64,000 nt of DNA. Origin: Macrostomum lignano (lineage: Eukaryota). A model generated the notes under the pieces. The model worked only from the letters and a program-made list of their open reading frames with translations. It searched no databases and was not told where the DNA came from. Shown here piece after piece: positions 1 to 31,222 of this stretch. The first letter of the stretch is position 1; every line of letters begins with the position of its first letter. The stretch lies in the NCBI GenBank assembly GCA_002269645.1, contig NIVC01000010.1, forward strand, positions 186,001 through 250,000. Direction: 5' to 3'. The translations under genes were made by a program, and so were the position numbers.

Positions 1-3000
1 ACACTTCAGAATGCGCTTATTTGATTGAGACACACTTCAGAATGCGCTTATTTGATTGAGACACACTTCAGAATGCGCTTATTTGATTGAGACACACTTC
101 AGAATGAGGCTTATTTGATTGAGACACACTTCAGAATGCGCTTATTTGATTGAGACACACTTCAGAATGCGCTTATTTGATTGAGACACACTTCAGAATG
201 AGGCTTATTTGATTGAGACACACTTCAGAATGAGGCTTATTTGATTGAGACACACTTCAGATTGTGCGCTTATTTGATTGAGACACACTTCAGAATGCGC
301 ACTTATTTGATTGAGACACACTTCAGAATGAGGGCTTATTTGATTGAGACACACTTCAGATGTGCGCTTATTTGATTGAGACACACTTCAGAATGCGCAC
401 TTATTTGATTGAGACACACTTCAGAATGAGGCTTATTTGATTGAGACACACTTCAGAATGAGGCTTATTTGATTGAGACACACTTCAGAATGCGCTTATT
501 TGATTGAGACACACTTCAGAATGCGCTTATTTGATTGAGACACACTTCAGAATGAGGCTTATTTGATTGAGACACACTTCAGAATGCGCTTATTTGATTG
601 AGACACACTTCAGAATGCGCTTATTTGATTGAGACACACTTCAGAATGCGGCTTATTTGATTGAGACACACTTCAGAATGCAGGCTTATTTGATTGAGAC
701 ACACTTCAGAATGCGCTTATTTGATTGAGACACACTTCAGAATGCGCTTATTTGATTGAGACACACTTCAGAATGCGGCTTATTTGATTGAGACACACTT
801 CAGAATGCAGGCTTATTTGATTGAGACACACTTCAGAATGCGGCTTATTTGATTGAGACACACTTCAGAATGCGGCTTATTTGATTGAGACACACTTCAG
901 AATGCAGGCTTATTTGATTGAGACACACTTCAGAATGCGCTTATTTGATTGAGACACACTTCAGAATGCGGCTTATTTGATTGAGACACACTTCAGAATG
1001 CGGCTTATTTGATTGAGACACACTTCAGAATGAGGCTTATTTGATTGAGACACACTTCAGAATGCGCTTATTTGATTGAGACACACTTCAGAATGCGCTT
1101 ATTTGATTGAGACACACTTCAGAATGTGCGCTTATTTGATTGAGACACACTTCAGAATGCACTTATTTGATTGAGACACACTTCAGAATGTGCGCTTATT
1201 TGATTGAGACACACTTCAGAATGTGCGCTTATTTGATTGAGACACACTTCAGAATGCACTTATTTGATTGAGACACACTTCAGAATGCGCTTATTTGATT
1301 GAGACACACTTCAGAATGCGCTTATTTGATTGAGACACACTTCAGAATGAGGCTTATTTGATTGAGACACACTTCAGAATGCGCTTATTTGATTGAGACA
1401 CACTTCAGAATGCGCTTATTTGATTGAGACACACTTCAGAATGAGGCTTATTTGATTGAGACACACTTCAGAATGCAGGCTTATTTGATTGAGACACACT
1501 TCAGAATGCGCTTATTTGATTGAGACACACTTCAGAATGCGCTTATTTGATTGAGACACACTTCAGAATGCGGCTTATTTGATTGAGACACACTTCAGAA
1601 TGCAGGCTTATTTGATTGAGACACACTTCAGAATGCGCTTATTTGATTGAGACACACTTCAGAATGCGGCTTATTTGATTGAGACACACTTCAGAATGCA
1701 GGCTTATTTGATTGAGACACACTTCAGAATGCAGGCTTATTTGATTGAGACACACTTCAGAATGCGGCTTATTTGATTGAGACACACTTCAGAATGCGGC
1801 TTATTTGATTGAGACACACTTCAGAATGCGGCTTATTTGATTGAGACACACTTCAGAATGCGCTTATTTGATTGAGACACACTTCAGAATGAGGCTTATT
1901 TGATTGAGACACACTTCAGAATGCGCTTATTTGATTGAGACACACTTCAGAATGCGCTTATTTGATTGAGACACACTTCAGAATGAGGCTTATTTGATTG
2001 AGACACACTTCAGAATGAGGCTTATTTGATTGAGACACACTTCAGATGCGCTTATTTGATTGAGACACACTTCAGAATGCGCTTATTTGATTGAGACACA
2101 CTTCAGAATGAGGCTTATTTGATTGAGACACACTTCAGATGTGCGCTTATTTGATTGAGACACACTTCAGAATGCGCTTATTTGATTGAGACACACTTCA
2201 GAATGAGGCTTATTTGATTGAGACACACTTCAGAATGAGGCTTATTTGATTGAGACACACTTCAGAATGCGCTTATTTGATTGAGACACACTTCAGAATG
2301 CGCTTATTTGATTGAGACACACTTCAGAATGAGGCTTATTTGATTGAGACACAATTCAGAATGCGCACTTATTTGATTGAGACACACTTCAGAATGCGCA
2401 CTTATTTGATTGAGACACACTTCAGAATGCAGGCTTATTTGATTGAGACACACTTCAGAATGCAGGCTTATTTGATTGAGACACACTTCAGAATGCGCTT
2501 ATTTGATTGAGACACACTTCAGAATGCGCTTATTTGATTGAGACACACTTCAGAATGCAGGCTTATTTGATTGAGACACACTTCAGAATGCGCTTATTTG
2601 ATTGAGACACACTTCAGAATGCGCTTATTTGATTGAGACACACTTCAGAATGCGGCTTATTTGATTGAGACACACTTCAGAATGCGCTTATTTGATTGAG
2701 ACACACTTCAGAATGCGCTTATTTGATTGAGACACACTTCAGAATGCGCACTTATTTGATTGAGACACACTTCAGAATGAGGCTTATTTGATTGAGACAC
2801 ACTTCAGATGTGCGCTTATTTGATTGAGACACACTTCAGAATGCGCTTATTTGATTGAGACACACTTCAGAATGAGGCTTATTTGATTGAGACACACTTC
2901 AGAATGAGGCTTATTTGATTGAGACACACTTCAGATTGTGCGCTTATTTGATTGAGACACACTTCAGAATGCGCTTATTTGATTGAGACACACTTCAGAA

Positions 3001-6000
3001 TGAGGCTTATTTGATTGAGACACACTTCAGAATGCGCTTATTTGATTGAGACACACTTCAGAATGCGCACTTATTTGATTGAGACACACTTCAGAATGAG
3101 GCTTATTTGATTGAGACACACTTCAGAATGAGGCTTATTTGATTGAGACACACTTCAGATGTGCGCTTATTTGATTGAGACACACTTCAGAATGCGCTTA
3201 TTTGATTGAGACACACTTCAGAATGAGGCTTATTTGATTGAGACACACTTCAGAATGCGCTTATTTGATTGAGACACACTTCAGAATGCGCTTATTTGAT
3301 TGAGACACACTTCAGAATGAGGCTTATTTGATTGAGACACACTTCAGAATGCAGGCTTATTTGATTGAGACACACTTCAGAATGCGCTTATTTGATTGAG
3401 ACACACTTCAGAATGCGCACTTATTTGATTGAGACACACTTCAGAATGCGGGCTTATTTGATTGAGACACACTTCAGAATGCAGGCTTATTTGATTGAGA
3501 CACACTTCAGAATGCAGGCTTATTTGATTGAGACACACTTCAGAATGCGGCTTATTTGATTGAGACACACTTCAGAATGCAGGCTTATTTGATTGAGACA
3601 CACTTCAGAATGCGGCTTATTTGATTGAGACACACTTCAGAATGCGGCTTATTTGATTGAGACACACTTCAGAATGCGGCTTATTTGATTGAGACACACT
3701 TCAGAATGAGGCTTATTTGATTGAGACACACTTCAGAATGCGGCTTATTTGATTGAGACACACTTCAGAATGTGGCTTATTTGATTGAGACACACTTCAG
3801 AATGCGCTTATTTGATTGAGACACACTTCAGAATGCGCTTATTTGATTGAGACACACTTCAGAATGCGCTTATTTGATTGAGACACACTTCAGAATGTTA
3901 TTTGATTGAGACACACTTCAGAATGCGGCTTATTTGATTGAGACACACTTCAGAATGCGCTTATTTGATTGAGACACACTTCAGAATGCAGGCTTATTTG
4001 ATTGAGACACACTTCAGAATGCGGCTTATTTGATTGAGACACACTTCAGAATGCAGGCTTATTTGATTGAGACACACTTCAGAATGCGGCTTATTTGATT
4101 GAGACACACTTCAGAATGCAGGCTTATTTGATTGAGACACACTTCAGAATGCGGCTTATTTGATTGAGACACACTTCAGAATGCGCTTATTTGATTGAGA
4201 CACACTTCAGAATGCGGCTTATTTGATTGAGACACACTTCAGAATGCGCTTATTTGATTGAGACACACTTCAGAATGTGCGCTTATTTGATTGAGACACA
4301 CTTCAGAATGCGCTTATTTGATTGAGACACACTTCAGAATGAGGCTTATTTGATTGAGACACACTTCAGAATGTGCTTATTTGATTGAGACACACTTCAG
4401 AATGCGGCTTATTTGATTGAGACACACTTCAGAATGAGCTTATTTGATTGAGACACACTTCAGAATGAGCTTATTTGATTGAGACACACTTCAGAATGTG
4501 CGCTTATTTGATTGAGACACACTTCAGAATGCGCTTATTTGATTGAGACACACTTCAGAATGAGGCTTATTTGATTGAGACACACTTCAGAATGTGCGCT
4601 TATTTGATTGAGACACACTTCAGATGTGCGCTTATTTGATTGAGACACACTTCAGAATGCGCTTATTTGATTGAGACACACTTCAGAATGTGCGCTTATT
4701 TGATTGAGACACACTTCAGAATGCGCTTATTTGATTGAGACACACTTCAGAATGCGGCTTATTTGATTGAGACACACTTCAGAATGCAGGCTTATTTGAT
4801 TGAGACACACTTCAGAATGCGGCTTATTTGATTGAGACACACTTCAGAATGCGGCTTATTTGATTGAGACACACTTCAGAATGCGGGCTTATTTGATTGA
4901 GACACACTTCAGAATGCGGCTTATTTGATTGAGACACACTTCAGAATGCGCTTATTTGATTGAGACACACTTCAGAATGCGCTTATTTGATTGAGACACA
5001 CTTCAGAATGCGCTTATTTGATTGAGACACACTTCAGAATGCGCTTATTTGATTGAGACACACTTCAGAATGCGCTTATTTGATTGAGACACACTTCAGA
5101 ATGCGCTTATTTGATTGAGACACACTTCAGAATGCGCTTATTTGATTGAGACACACTTCAGAATGCGCTTATTTGATTGAGACACACTTCAGAATGAGGC
5201 TTATTTGATTGAGACACACTTCAGAATGCGCTTATTTGATTGAGACACACTTCAGAATGCGCTTATTTGATTGAGACACACTTCAGAATGCGCTTATTTG
5301 ATTGAGACACACTTCAGAATGCAGGCTTATTTGATTGAGACACACTTCAGAATGTGCGCTTATTTGATTGAGACACACTTCAGAATGCGCTTATTTGATT
5401 GAGACACACTTCAGAATGCGCTTATTTGATTGAGACACACTTCAGAATGCGCTTATTTGATTGAGACACACTTCAGAATGCGCTTATTTGATTGAGACAC
5501 ACTTCAGAATGCGCTTATTTGATTGAGACACACTTCAGAATGCGGCTTATTTGATTGAGACACACTTCAGAATGCGCTTATTTGATTGAGACACACTTCA
5601 GAATGCGGCTTATTTGATTGAGACACACTTCAGAATGCGGCTTATTTGATTGAGACACACTTCAGAATGCGGCTTATTTGATTGAGACACACTTCAGAAT
5701 GCGGCTTATTTGATTGAGACACACTTCAGAATGCGGCTTATTTGATTGAGACACACTTCAGAATGCGGCTTATTTGATTGAGACACACTTCAGAATGCGG
5801 CTTATTTGATTGAGACACACTTCAGAATGCGGCTTATTTGATTGAGACACACTTCAGAATGCGGCTTATTTGATTGAGACACACTTCAGAATGCAGGCTT
5901 ATTTGATTGAGACACACTTCAGAATGCGGCTTATTTGATTGAGACACACTTCAGAATGCGCTTATTTGATTGAGACACACTTCAGATGTGCGCTTATTTG

Positions 6001-9000
6001 ATTGAGACACACTTCAGATGTGCGCTTATTTGATTGAGACACACTTCAGATGTGCGCTTATTTGATTGAGACACACTTCAGATGTGCGCTTATTTGATTG
6101 AGACACACTTCAGATTGTGCGCTTATTTGATTGAGACACACTTCAGAATTGTGCGCTTATTTGATTGAGACACACTTCAGAATTGTGCGCTTATTTGATT
6201 GAGACACACTTCAGAATGTGCATTCAGCGCTTATTTGATTGAGACACACTTCAGAATGCAGGCTTATTTGATTGAGACACACTTCAGAATGCAGGCTTAT
6301 TTGATTGAGACACACTTCAGAATGCAGGCTTATTTGATTGAGACACACTTCAGAATGCAGGCTTATTTGATTGAGACACACTTCAGAATGCAGGCTTATT
6401 TGATTGAGACACACTTCAGAATGCAGGCTTATTTGATTGAGACACACTTCAGAATGTGCGCTTATTTGATTGAGACACACTTCAGAATGTGCGCTTATTT
6501 GATTGAGACACACTTCAGAATGTGCGCTTATTTGATTGAGACACACTTCAGATTGTGCGCTTATTTGATTGAGACACACTTCAGAATGTGCGCTTATTTG
6601 ATTGAGACACACTTCAGAATGTGCGCTTATTTGATTGAGACACACTTCAGAATGCGCTTATTTGATTGAGACACACTTCAGAATGCAGGCTTATTTGATT
6701 GAGACACACTTCAGAATGCAGGCTTATTTGATTGAGACACACTTCAGAATGCAGGCTTATTTGATTGAGACACACTTCAGAATGCAGGCTTATTTGATTG
6801 AGACACACTTCAGAATGCAGGCTTATTTGATTGAGACACACTTCAGAATGCGCTTATTTGATTGAGACACACTTCAGAATGTGCGCTTATTTGATTGAGA
6901 CACACTTCAGATGCGCTTATTTGATTGAGACACACTTCAGATTGTGCGCTTATTTGATTGAGACACACTTCAGAATGTGCGCTTATTTGATTGAGACACA
7001 CTTCAGAATGTGCGCTTATTTGATTGAGACACACTTCAGAATGCGGCTTATTTGATTGAGACACACTTCAGAATGCAGGCTTATTTGATTGAGACACACT
7101 TCAGAATGCAGGCTTATTTGATTGAGACACACTTCAGAATGCAGGCTTATTTGATTGAGACACACTTCAGAATGCGCTTATTTGATTGAGACACACTTCA
7201 GAATGCGCTTATTTGATTGAGACACACTTCAGAATGCGCTTATTTGATTGAGACACACTTCAGAATGCGCTTATTTGATTGAGACACACTTCAGAATGCG
7301 CTTATTTGATTGAGACACACTTCAGAATGCGCTTATTTGATTGAGACACACTTCAGAATGAGGCTTATTTGATTGAGACACACTTCAGAATGCGCTTATT
7401 TGATTGAGACACACTTCAGAATGCGCACTTATTTGATTGAGACACACTTCAGAATGCGCTTATTTGATTGAGACACACTTCAGAATGCGCTTATTTGATT
7501 GAGACACACTTCAGAATGCGCTTATTTGATTGAGACACACTTCAGAATGAGGCTTATTTGATTGAGACACACTTCAGAATGCGCTTATTTGATTGAGACA
7601 CACTTCAGAATGTGCGCTTATTTGATTGAGACACACTTCAGAATGCGCTTATTTGATTGAGACACACTTCAGAATGCGCTTATTTGATTGAGACACACTT
7701 CAGAATGCAGGCTTATTTGATTGAGACACACTTCAGAATGCGGCTTATTTGATTGAGACACACTTCAGAATGCGGCTTATTTGATTGAGACACACTTCAG
7801 AATGCGGCTTATTTGATTGAGACACACTTCAGAATGCGGCTTATTTGATTGAGACACACTTCAGAATGCGGCTTATTTGATTGAGACACACTTCAGAATG
7901 CGGCTTATTTGATTGAGACACACTTCAGAATGCGGCTTATTTGATTGAGACACACTTCAGAATGCGGCTTATTTGATTGAGACACACTTCAGAATGCGGC
8001 TTATTTGATTGAGACACACTTCAGAATGCGGCTTATTTGATTGAGACACACTTCAGAATGCAGGCTTATTTGATTGAGACACACTTCAGAATGCGGCTTA
8101 TTTGATTGAGACACACTTCAGAATGCAGGCTTATTTGATTGAGACACACTTCAGATGCGCTTATTTGATTGAGACACACTTCAGATTGTGCGCTTATTTG
8201 ATTGAGACACACTTCAGATTGTGCGCTTATTTGATTGAGACACACTTCAGATTGTGCGCTTATTTGATTGAGACACACTTCAGATTGTGCGCTTATTTGA
8301 TTGAGACACACTTCAGATTGTGCGCTTATTTGATTGAGACACACTTCAGATTGTGCGCTTATTTGATTGAGACACACTTCAGATTGTGCGCTTATTTGAT
8401 TGAGACACACTTCAGATGTGCGCTTATTTGATTGAGACACACTTCAGAATGCGCTTATTTGATTGAGACACACTTCAGAATGCAGGCTTATTTGATTGAG
8501 ACACACTTCAGAATGCAGGCTTATTTGATTGAGACACACTTCAGAATGCAGGCTTATTTGATTGAGACACACTTCAGAATGCAGGCTTATTTGATTGAGA
8601 CACACTTCAGAATGCAGGCTTATTTGATTGAGACACACTTCAGAATGCAGGCTTATTTGATTGAGACACACTTCAGAATGTGCGCTTATTTGATTGAGAC
8701 ACACTTCAGATTGTGCGCTTATTTGATTGAGACACACTTCAGATTGTGCGCTTATTTGATTGAGACACACTTCAGATTGTGCGCTTATTTGATTGAGACA
8801 CACTTCAGATTGTGCGCTTATTTGATTGAGACACACTTCAGATTGTGCGCTTATTTGATTGAGACACACTTCAGAATGCAGGCTTATTTGATTGAGACAC
8901 ACTTCAGAATGCAGGCTTATTTGATTGAGACACACTTCAGAATGCAGGCTTATTTGATTGAGACACACTTCAGAATGCAGGCTTATTTGATTGAGACACA

Positions 9001-9497
9001 CTTCAGAATGCAGGCTTATTTGATTGAGACACACTTCAGAATGCAGGCTTATTTGATTGAGACACACTTCAGATTGTGCGCTTATTTGATTGAGACACAC
9101 TTCAGATTGTGCGCTTATTTGATTGAGACACACTTCAGATTGTGCGCTTATTTGATTGAGACACACTTCAGATTGTGCGCTTATTTGATTGAGACACACT
9201 TCAGATTGTGCGCTTATTTGATTGAGACACACTTCAGATTGTGCGCTTATTTGATTGAGACACACTTCAGAATGCAGGCTTATTTGATTGAGACACACTT
9301 CAGAATGCAGGCTTATTTGATTGAGACACACTTCAGAATGCAGGCTTATTTGATTGAGACACACTTCAGAATGCAGGCTTATTTGATTGAGACACACTTC
9401 AGAATGCAGGCTTATTTGATTGAGACACAATTCTTTGATTGAGACACACTTCAGAATGCAGTCTTATTTGATTGAGACACACTTCAGATTGTGCGCT
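1..9497. repeat. Satellite array, ~30-33 bp unit (invariant core GCTTATTTGATTGAGACACACTTCAGA plus variable 3-6 nt linker), roughly 290-300 copies, truncated by the window start
   Basis: Read directly. The 27-bp core repeats continuously and linkers include ATGC, ATGAG, ATGCG, ATGCAG, ATGTGC, TGTGC and TTGTGC. All ORF-track entries here (AYLIETHFRM.. / SEVCLNQIS..) translate runs of 33-bp units. Confidence 0.98.
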
Positions 9498-10639
9498 GAC
9501 GTTACCAGCGAGCACTTTTGCTTATTTTTGGCACTATACCACTGATTTTGGATACTGTCAGCTCATTATTGGCGCCAAAACACTCATTTTTGACATTGTT
9601 AGCTCCTATTTGGCGCCAAAACAGTCAGATTGCATCCTCCCAGCTGAGTTTGGCGCCAAGAGTTACCCAGAAGTACATTCGATTTCAATCTGAACAATAA
9701 ATTGGCGCCGGGACTGAACTAGCTTCGGCAAATACGATAGCAAAACACTCGCATTCGGCTATAATTCAAAAAGAAAGCACACAAAATAAATTTACGGGCT
9801 CGCAGCACCCCACCCGCCCTGACAGTGTGTCCGTGTGCGTTAAGGCTTTATAACCAACTGGGCACTGGCTTGGCTGTTCGCGGTCCCACTGCCCGCATCG
9901 TGTAACATATTACAGCTTATTACTGCTCCATGTGACAGTTCTGAGTGATGGATTGAGGCAGTCGCCTTCATGCCATCTCTCACCTAATTCGATGATAATG
10001 TCCATCTCCCCAGTCCTGTTTTATATCCCGCTGGGGGATGGCATGCCGGGAAATGCAAAAGACGAGGGTAGGGCGGTGGGGGGGTGGTTGCTGGCAGGCA
10101 GCCGGGTGGCTCCCAAAAACGGTTCCCTTATTCTCCTCATTTATTCCTACCAACCACCATCCCTCTCCGCCTCTGGTTGGTCGGCATTATCATTGGGTAG
10201 TTATATACATATCAGCATATACTCTGGTATATATATACCAGTATGTGTTATAAATTATTTTGCCCTGCTGATATTGTGTGTTCGCGCGTAACTTTTAAGC
10301 TTAACCCCGCGCTTAGCGTTGGTCTCATCTCAGCTCACCAGCCCGCAGAGAGACTGCAGGAAGTTAAGCATTAATTATTAGTGCTCCATCAGAGTAGAAT
10401 TAAGTCCGACAGTTAAAACTGAGCTAAAAGCTGAGCATAGTTACAAGGCTTTGCATTATAAATACCGTATATACTGAGCCAAGTGCCGCTTCACGTTGGT
10501 TGGTTGGCCGTTTGAGTCGTTGCTGTTATATACGAGCCGTAAATACGCTAGGCCTCAGGTCATCGCTACTCCTCTTGTATCTGTGCTTGCTCTCGGTTCA
10601 CGAGGTTTCTCTGCAACTGCCGCTGCGAGATACAGGAAG

Positions 10640-17211
<6,572 letters not shown>

Positions 17212-18158
17212 AGAGATCGAGAGGACGTGTCGTGTCATCGGGATTGCAGGAAGATTTTCGTTAGGGTTTAGTAATCAATCTTGATGAGTAAAACTCTGTA
17301 AAACTGAAACTGAAACAATATTTTTTCGTTATCTGAGGCCCAGATGTCATGTAATTTTTGTTTAACTGCATGTACAGGTCGGTGTAATTTCCTGCTTAAA
17401 TTTACACGGCTCTACTAGTTGTAGACCTGATGGGGGCTAGAATAACATTAGCTGTTTTAGAAATATTACACAGATTACCAAGGCTCTATGTTGTAAAAAT
17501 TGCACTGTTCAGTATTTGCAAAAGCCTATATACAAGTAATTAATATTTTCCCTTTTGTAAGCAATGTTCGGGAGTTAGTTTTTCACAACTTTAATTATAA
17601 CTATTGGGAAAATTTGTTTACGTTTACTTACTGCACGTATTTCGTTGCTAAAATCAGTTTTAAAATCATATAACAATACAGCTAGTAAAGATGAAGCAAC
17701 TAAAGAATAATTAATATTTCAAAAAATCAATTAACCTAATTATTCCTATACAATACATTCCCTTTTATCACTATTTATTCTAGCTGATTGTATATACGAG
17801 TACATATATTTTCTGGTGTACGATCACATTTTCCGGCACAATACTCGCGCGTATTATTATTAATATATAAAGTTTAGAAGAGACTAAGCTATAGATAGAT
17901 ATCCTGCAAATTTTCTCTGTATTTCTATGAAACAGTGTTACGCTTTATGAAAAGTTTTAGTTTTCGCCATTTTGATCATTTTTATCTTTTTGTAGCAGCT
18001 TTTCAATATTCACATTTTTTCCTTAAAAATGCAATATTTTTACATGTACTTTAGCTGCACATTTTAGTTTCATATTGCTATTATCTTTCTTGCACTTCGT
18101 GTACGTTTTGATAAGTTAATAATAGGCTGATTAATGCACTTTATATACTTGACACGAA

Positions 18159-18173
18159 AATAAATAGTTTATT
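18159..18173. terminator. Candidate bidirectional polyadenylation signal AATAAA-TAG-TTTATT between the convergent iGluR-like genes
   Basis: AATAAA on + at 18159-18164 and on - at 18173-18168. By my scan these are the first canonical hexamers after each stop codon. Function is inferred. Confidence 0.45.
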
Positions 18174-18761
18174 GATTTAATTCCTTTCTTTTTCAACGCA
18201 TTAACAACGTTGCTTAAAAATCTTCAAATCCTACGTTGGCATAAATTTCTTTAAATTAATTAAGATTAAAAGTCGATTGTCTGCTAAATTGTAAAATTGT
18301 TACGCGTCTATTTCTTTAATTCATAAAAATTTATAGCCATGCAGACAATATTTAAATTTAAAGAATGAATTTCAGCTGATAATTAACTTGAAGAGTTTGG
18401 TTATGAGACCTTGGGTAAATAATAGCCCAGAAGCAAAATATGGGCAATCGGAAATTTGAAAAATTTCTTGCCCGTATTTGTTATAAATTGCGACTCAAAA
18501 ATGATGAAAATGTTTCAACTTACTTTAAAGATATTTAATTTCCGAAGAAAAAATTATTTCGTACAATATGTACGGCTATGTAAATTAAATAGTACTTGTA
18601 GTAGACGCAATCGAACTCAAGCAGAAAAGTCAGCATTTTTTGTTTTTCATTAAACGAAATATTTTTAAACGACCTTGCAATTAAAAGTCAATAGTTTAAT
18701 TTTTTGTTATTGAATTTTCGTGACAAAGGACTTACAAGTACAACACGGCTAAGACTATAGC

Positions 18762-28769
<10,008 letters not shown>

Positions 28770-29285
28770 GATCCGCACGCTGCTACTACACAGACTCAGA
28801 CACAGTGTGCGTCTGGTTGCTCAAATTTATACCAAAAGCAGTCCACTTCCCGTGTCGCCCAATTCTTTTCTAATTCACCTATGCAAAGCGAGGAGAGAAA
28901 AGGAAATATGAGAAGAATGAAGAGAGGAGAGAGAGAGAGAAAGAGAGAGCAGCGCGCAGACTCAAGCTTTCAGGACTCATTGGTCATTTCTACCCGGTAC
29001 TGCGCAAGCTGTGCTGCCATTGCTCTCAAAATTCTTTTCTCTCTGTCTTCTCCTTCTTTACACTTAGCAGCTACACTTTGGCTGCATGCACACTGCAGGC
29101 TGGCTGCCTGCGTACGGTTCCTTTTTTACAAGCCCCGGTGTTATTATCGCTCTGGCCGCATTGGGCAGCCGGCGTGCATTGGCTGGGCAAAATTTGGCAG
29201 TTCGCACTCTCGTAGCTGCCTGTAGTCAGCTCTGGCCGGTGAGTCAGTGCTGGGCTCTTGCTGCTACAAATGAACTGATTATAAA

Positions 29286-29945
<660 letters not shown>

Positions 29946-30584
29946 ATTGCATTAGTTTTTCTAAAAACCAGGATTAGTTTCTGGTGCTTGTGATGCAGTA
30001 CAGTGGAACACAAAAGCGCATTGCCAGTCTGTCTCGCAGTTGCATTTGTATTTTTAAAGTACACGAGTCTCAGTAGAATTGTCTGTGTGTATATTATTAA
30101 AATTGGTGTCGCAGTTTAGACAGCTGTAACAAAGGCATCATGGTTCGCTCCTATGATAACTAAGCATGGTGCAGAGACATCCCAGTCACTTATTTTAACA
30201 AATCGAATTTCTAGTATTTTTGTGTTTTTTTTCAGAATATTTGACAAACTCGTCAGAATATCATAAATCGACAAAAAGCAAAAAACAATATTGAATTCTA
30301 ACTTGTTATAGTGTGAAGGAATGCTAACGAATATAGCAAAGAATAGCGAAGTATTCATACTCCTACAACGCCTGCCCTGTCTAATTCTAGGAAATTAAAA
30401 TTAAAATCGATAATAACGTTGAGCCAGCAGACGAAAATAAAGGAAAATTGGAACTGAAAATATCAATGCAGATAGGAAACTTCTTAAAAATCTATTATTA
30501 CACGGTTTATGAATTATATACAGGTGAAAATACCAGTAGATATCGGAAACTGAATCCCTTCATCAGTTTAGAATTAAGGCGGTT

Positions 30585-31150
30585 GAAGTGACCTCTGTTA
30601 TCCAGTCATTACAGTCCAGATATAGTAGTGGAGGGGTCATGTGACCCCTGTTATCTATTCATTCCAGTCCAGATATAGTAGTGGGGTCATATCACCCCTG
30701 TCATCCATTCATTTCAGTCTAAAAATAGTAGAGGGGTCATGTGACCCCTGTTATCCATTCATTTCAGTCTAAAAATAGTAGAGGGGTCATGTGACCCCTG
30801 TTATCCATTCATTTCAGTCTAAAAATAGTAGAGGGGTCATGTGACCCCTGTTATCCATTCATTTCAGTCTAAAAATAGTAGAGGGGTCATGTGACCCCTG
30901 TTATCCATTCATTTCAGTCTAAAAATAGTAGAGGGGTCATGTGACCCCTGTTATCCATTCATTTCAGTCTAAAAAAGAAGGGGGTCATGTGACCATTGTT
31001 ACCATTCATTTCAGACTAAAAATAGTAGTGGGGTCATGTGACCCCTGTTATCCATTCATTTCAGTCTAAAAATAGTATAGAGGGGTCATGTAACCCCTAT
31101 AACTTTTGGGTTTTTGATTAGCAATAATATGCAGAGGTCACGTGACCCCC
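30585..31150. repeat. 50-bp minisatellite with hairpin/palindrome AGGGGTCA-TG-TGACCCCT
   Basis: Unit GAGGGGTCATGTGACCCCTGTTATCCATTCATTTCAGTCTAAAAATAGTA; the period is confirmed at 30721/30771. Confidence 0.93.
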
Positions 31151-31222
31151 TCATCAATTTATTGCAGTCCAGGAGCCATAAAGAGTTGCAATGAGGGGGG
31201 TCAGATGACCCACCACCAGCTC

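Noticed and set aside
2304-9442. ORFs encoding AYLIETHFRMQ / SEVCLNQISLH repeats
   Set aside because: They are open only where runs of 33-bp units keep frame and break at every 31/32-bp unit. No splice or codon evidence.
1-9497. CRISPR-like array (constant repeat plus variable spacer)
   Set aside because: The variable parts are only 3-6 nt, come from a handful of recurring variants, and there are no unique 25-45 nt spacers or cas genes. The context is a spliced eukaryotic genome.
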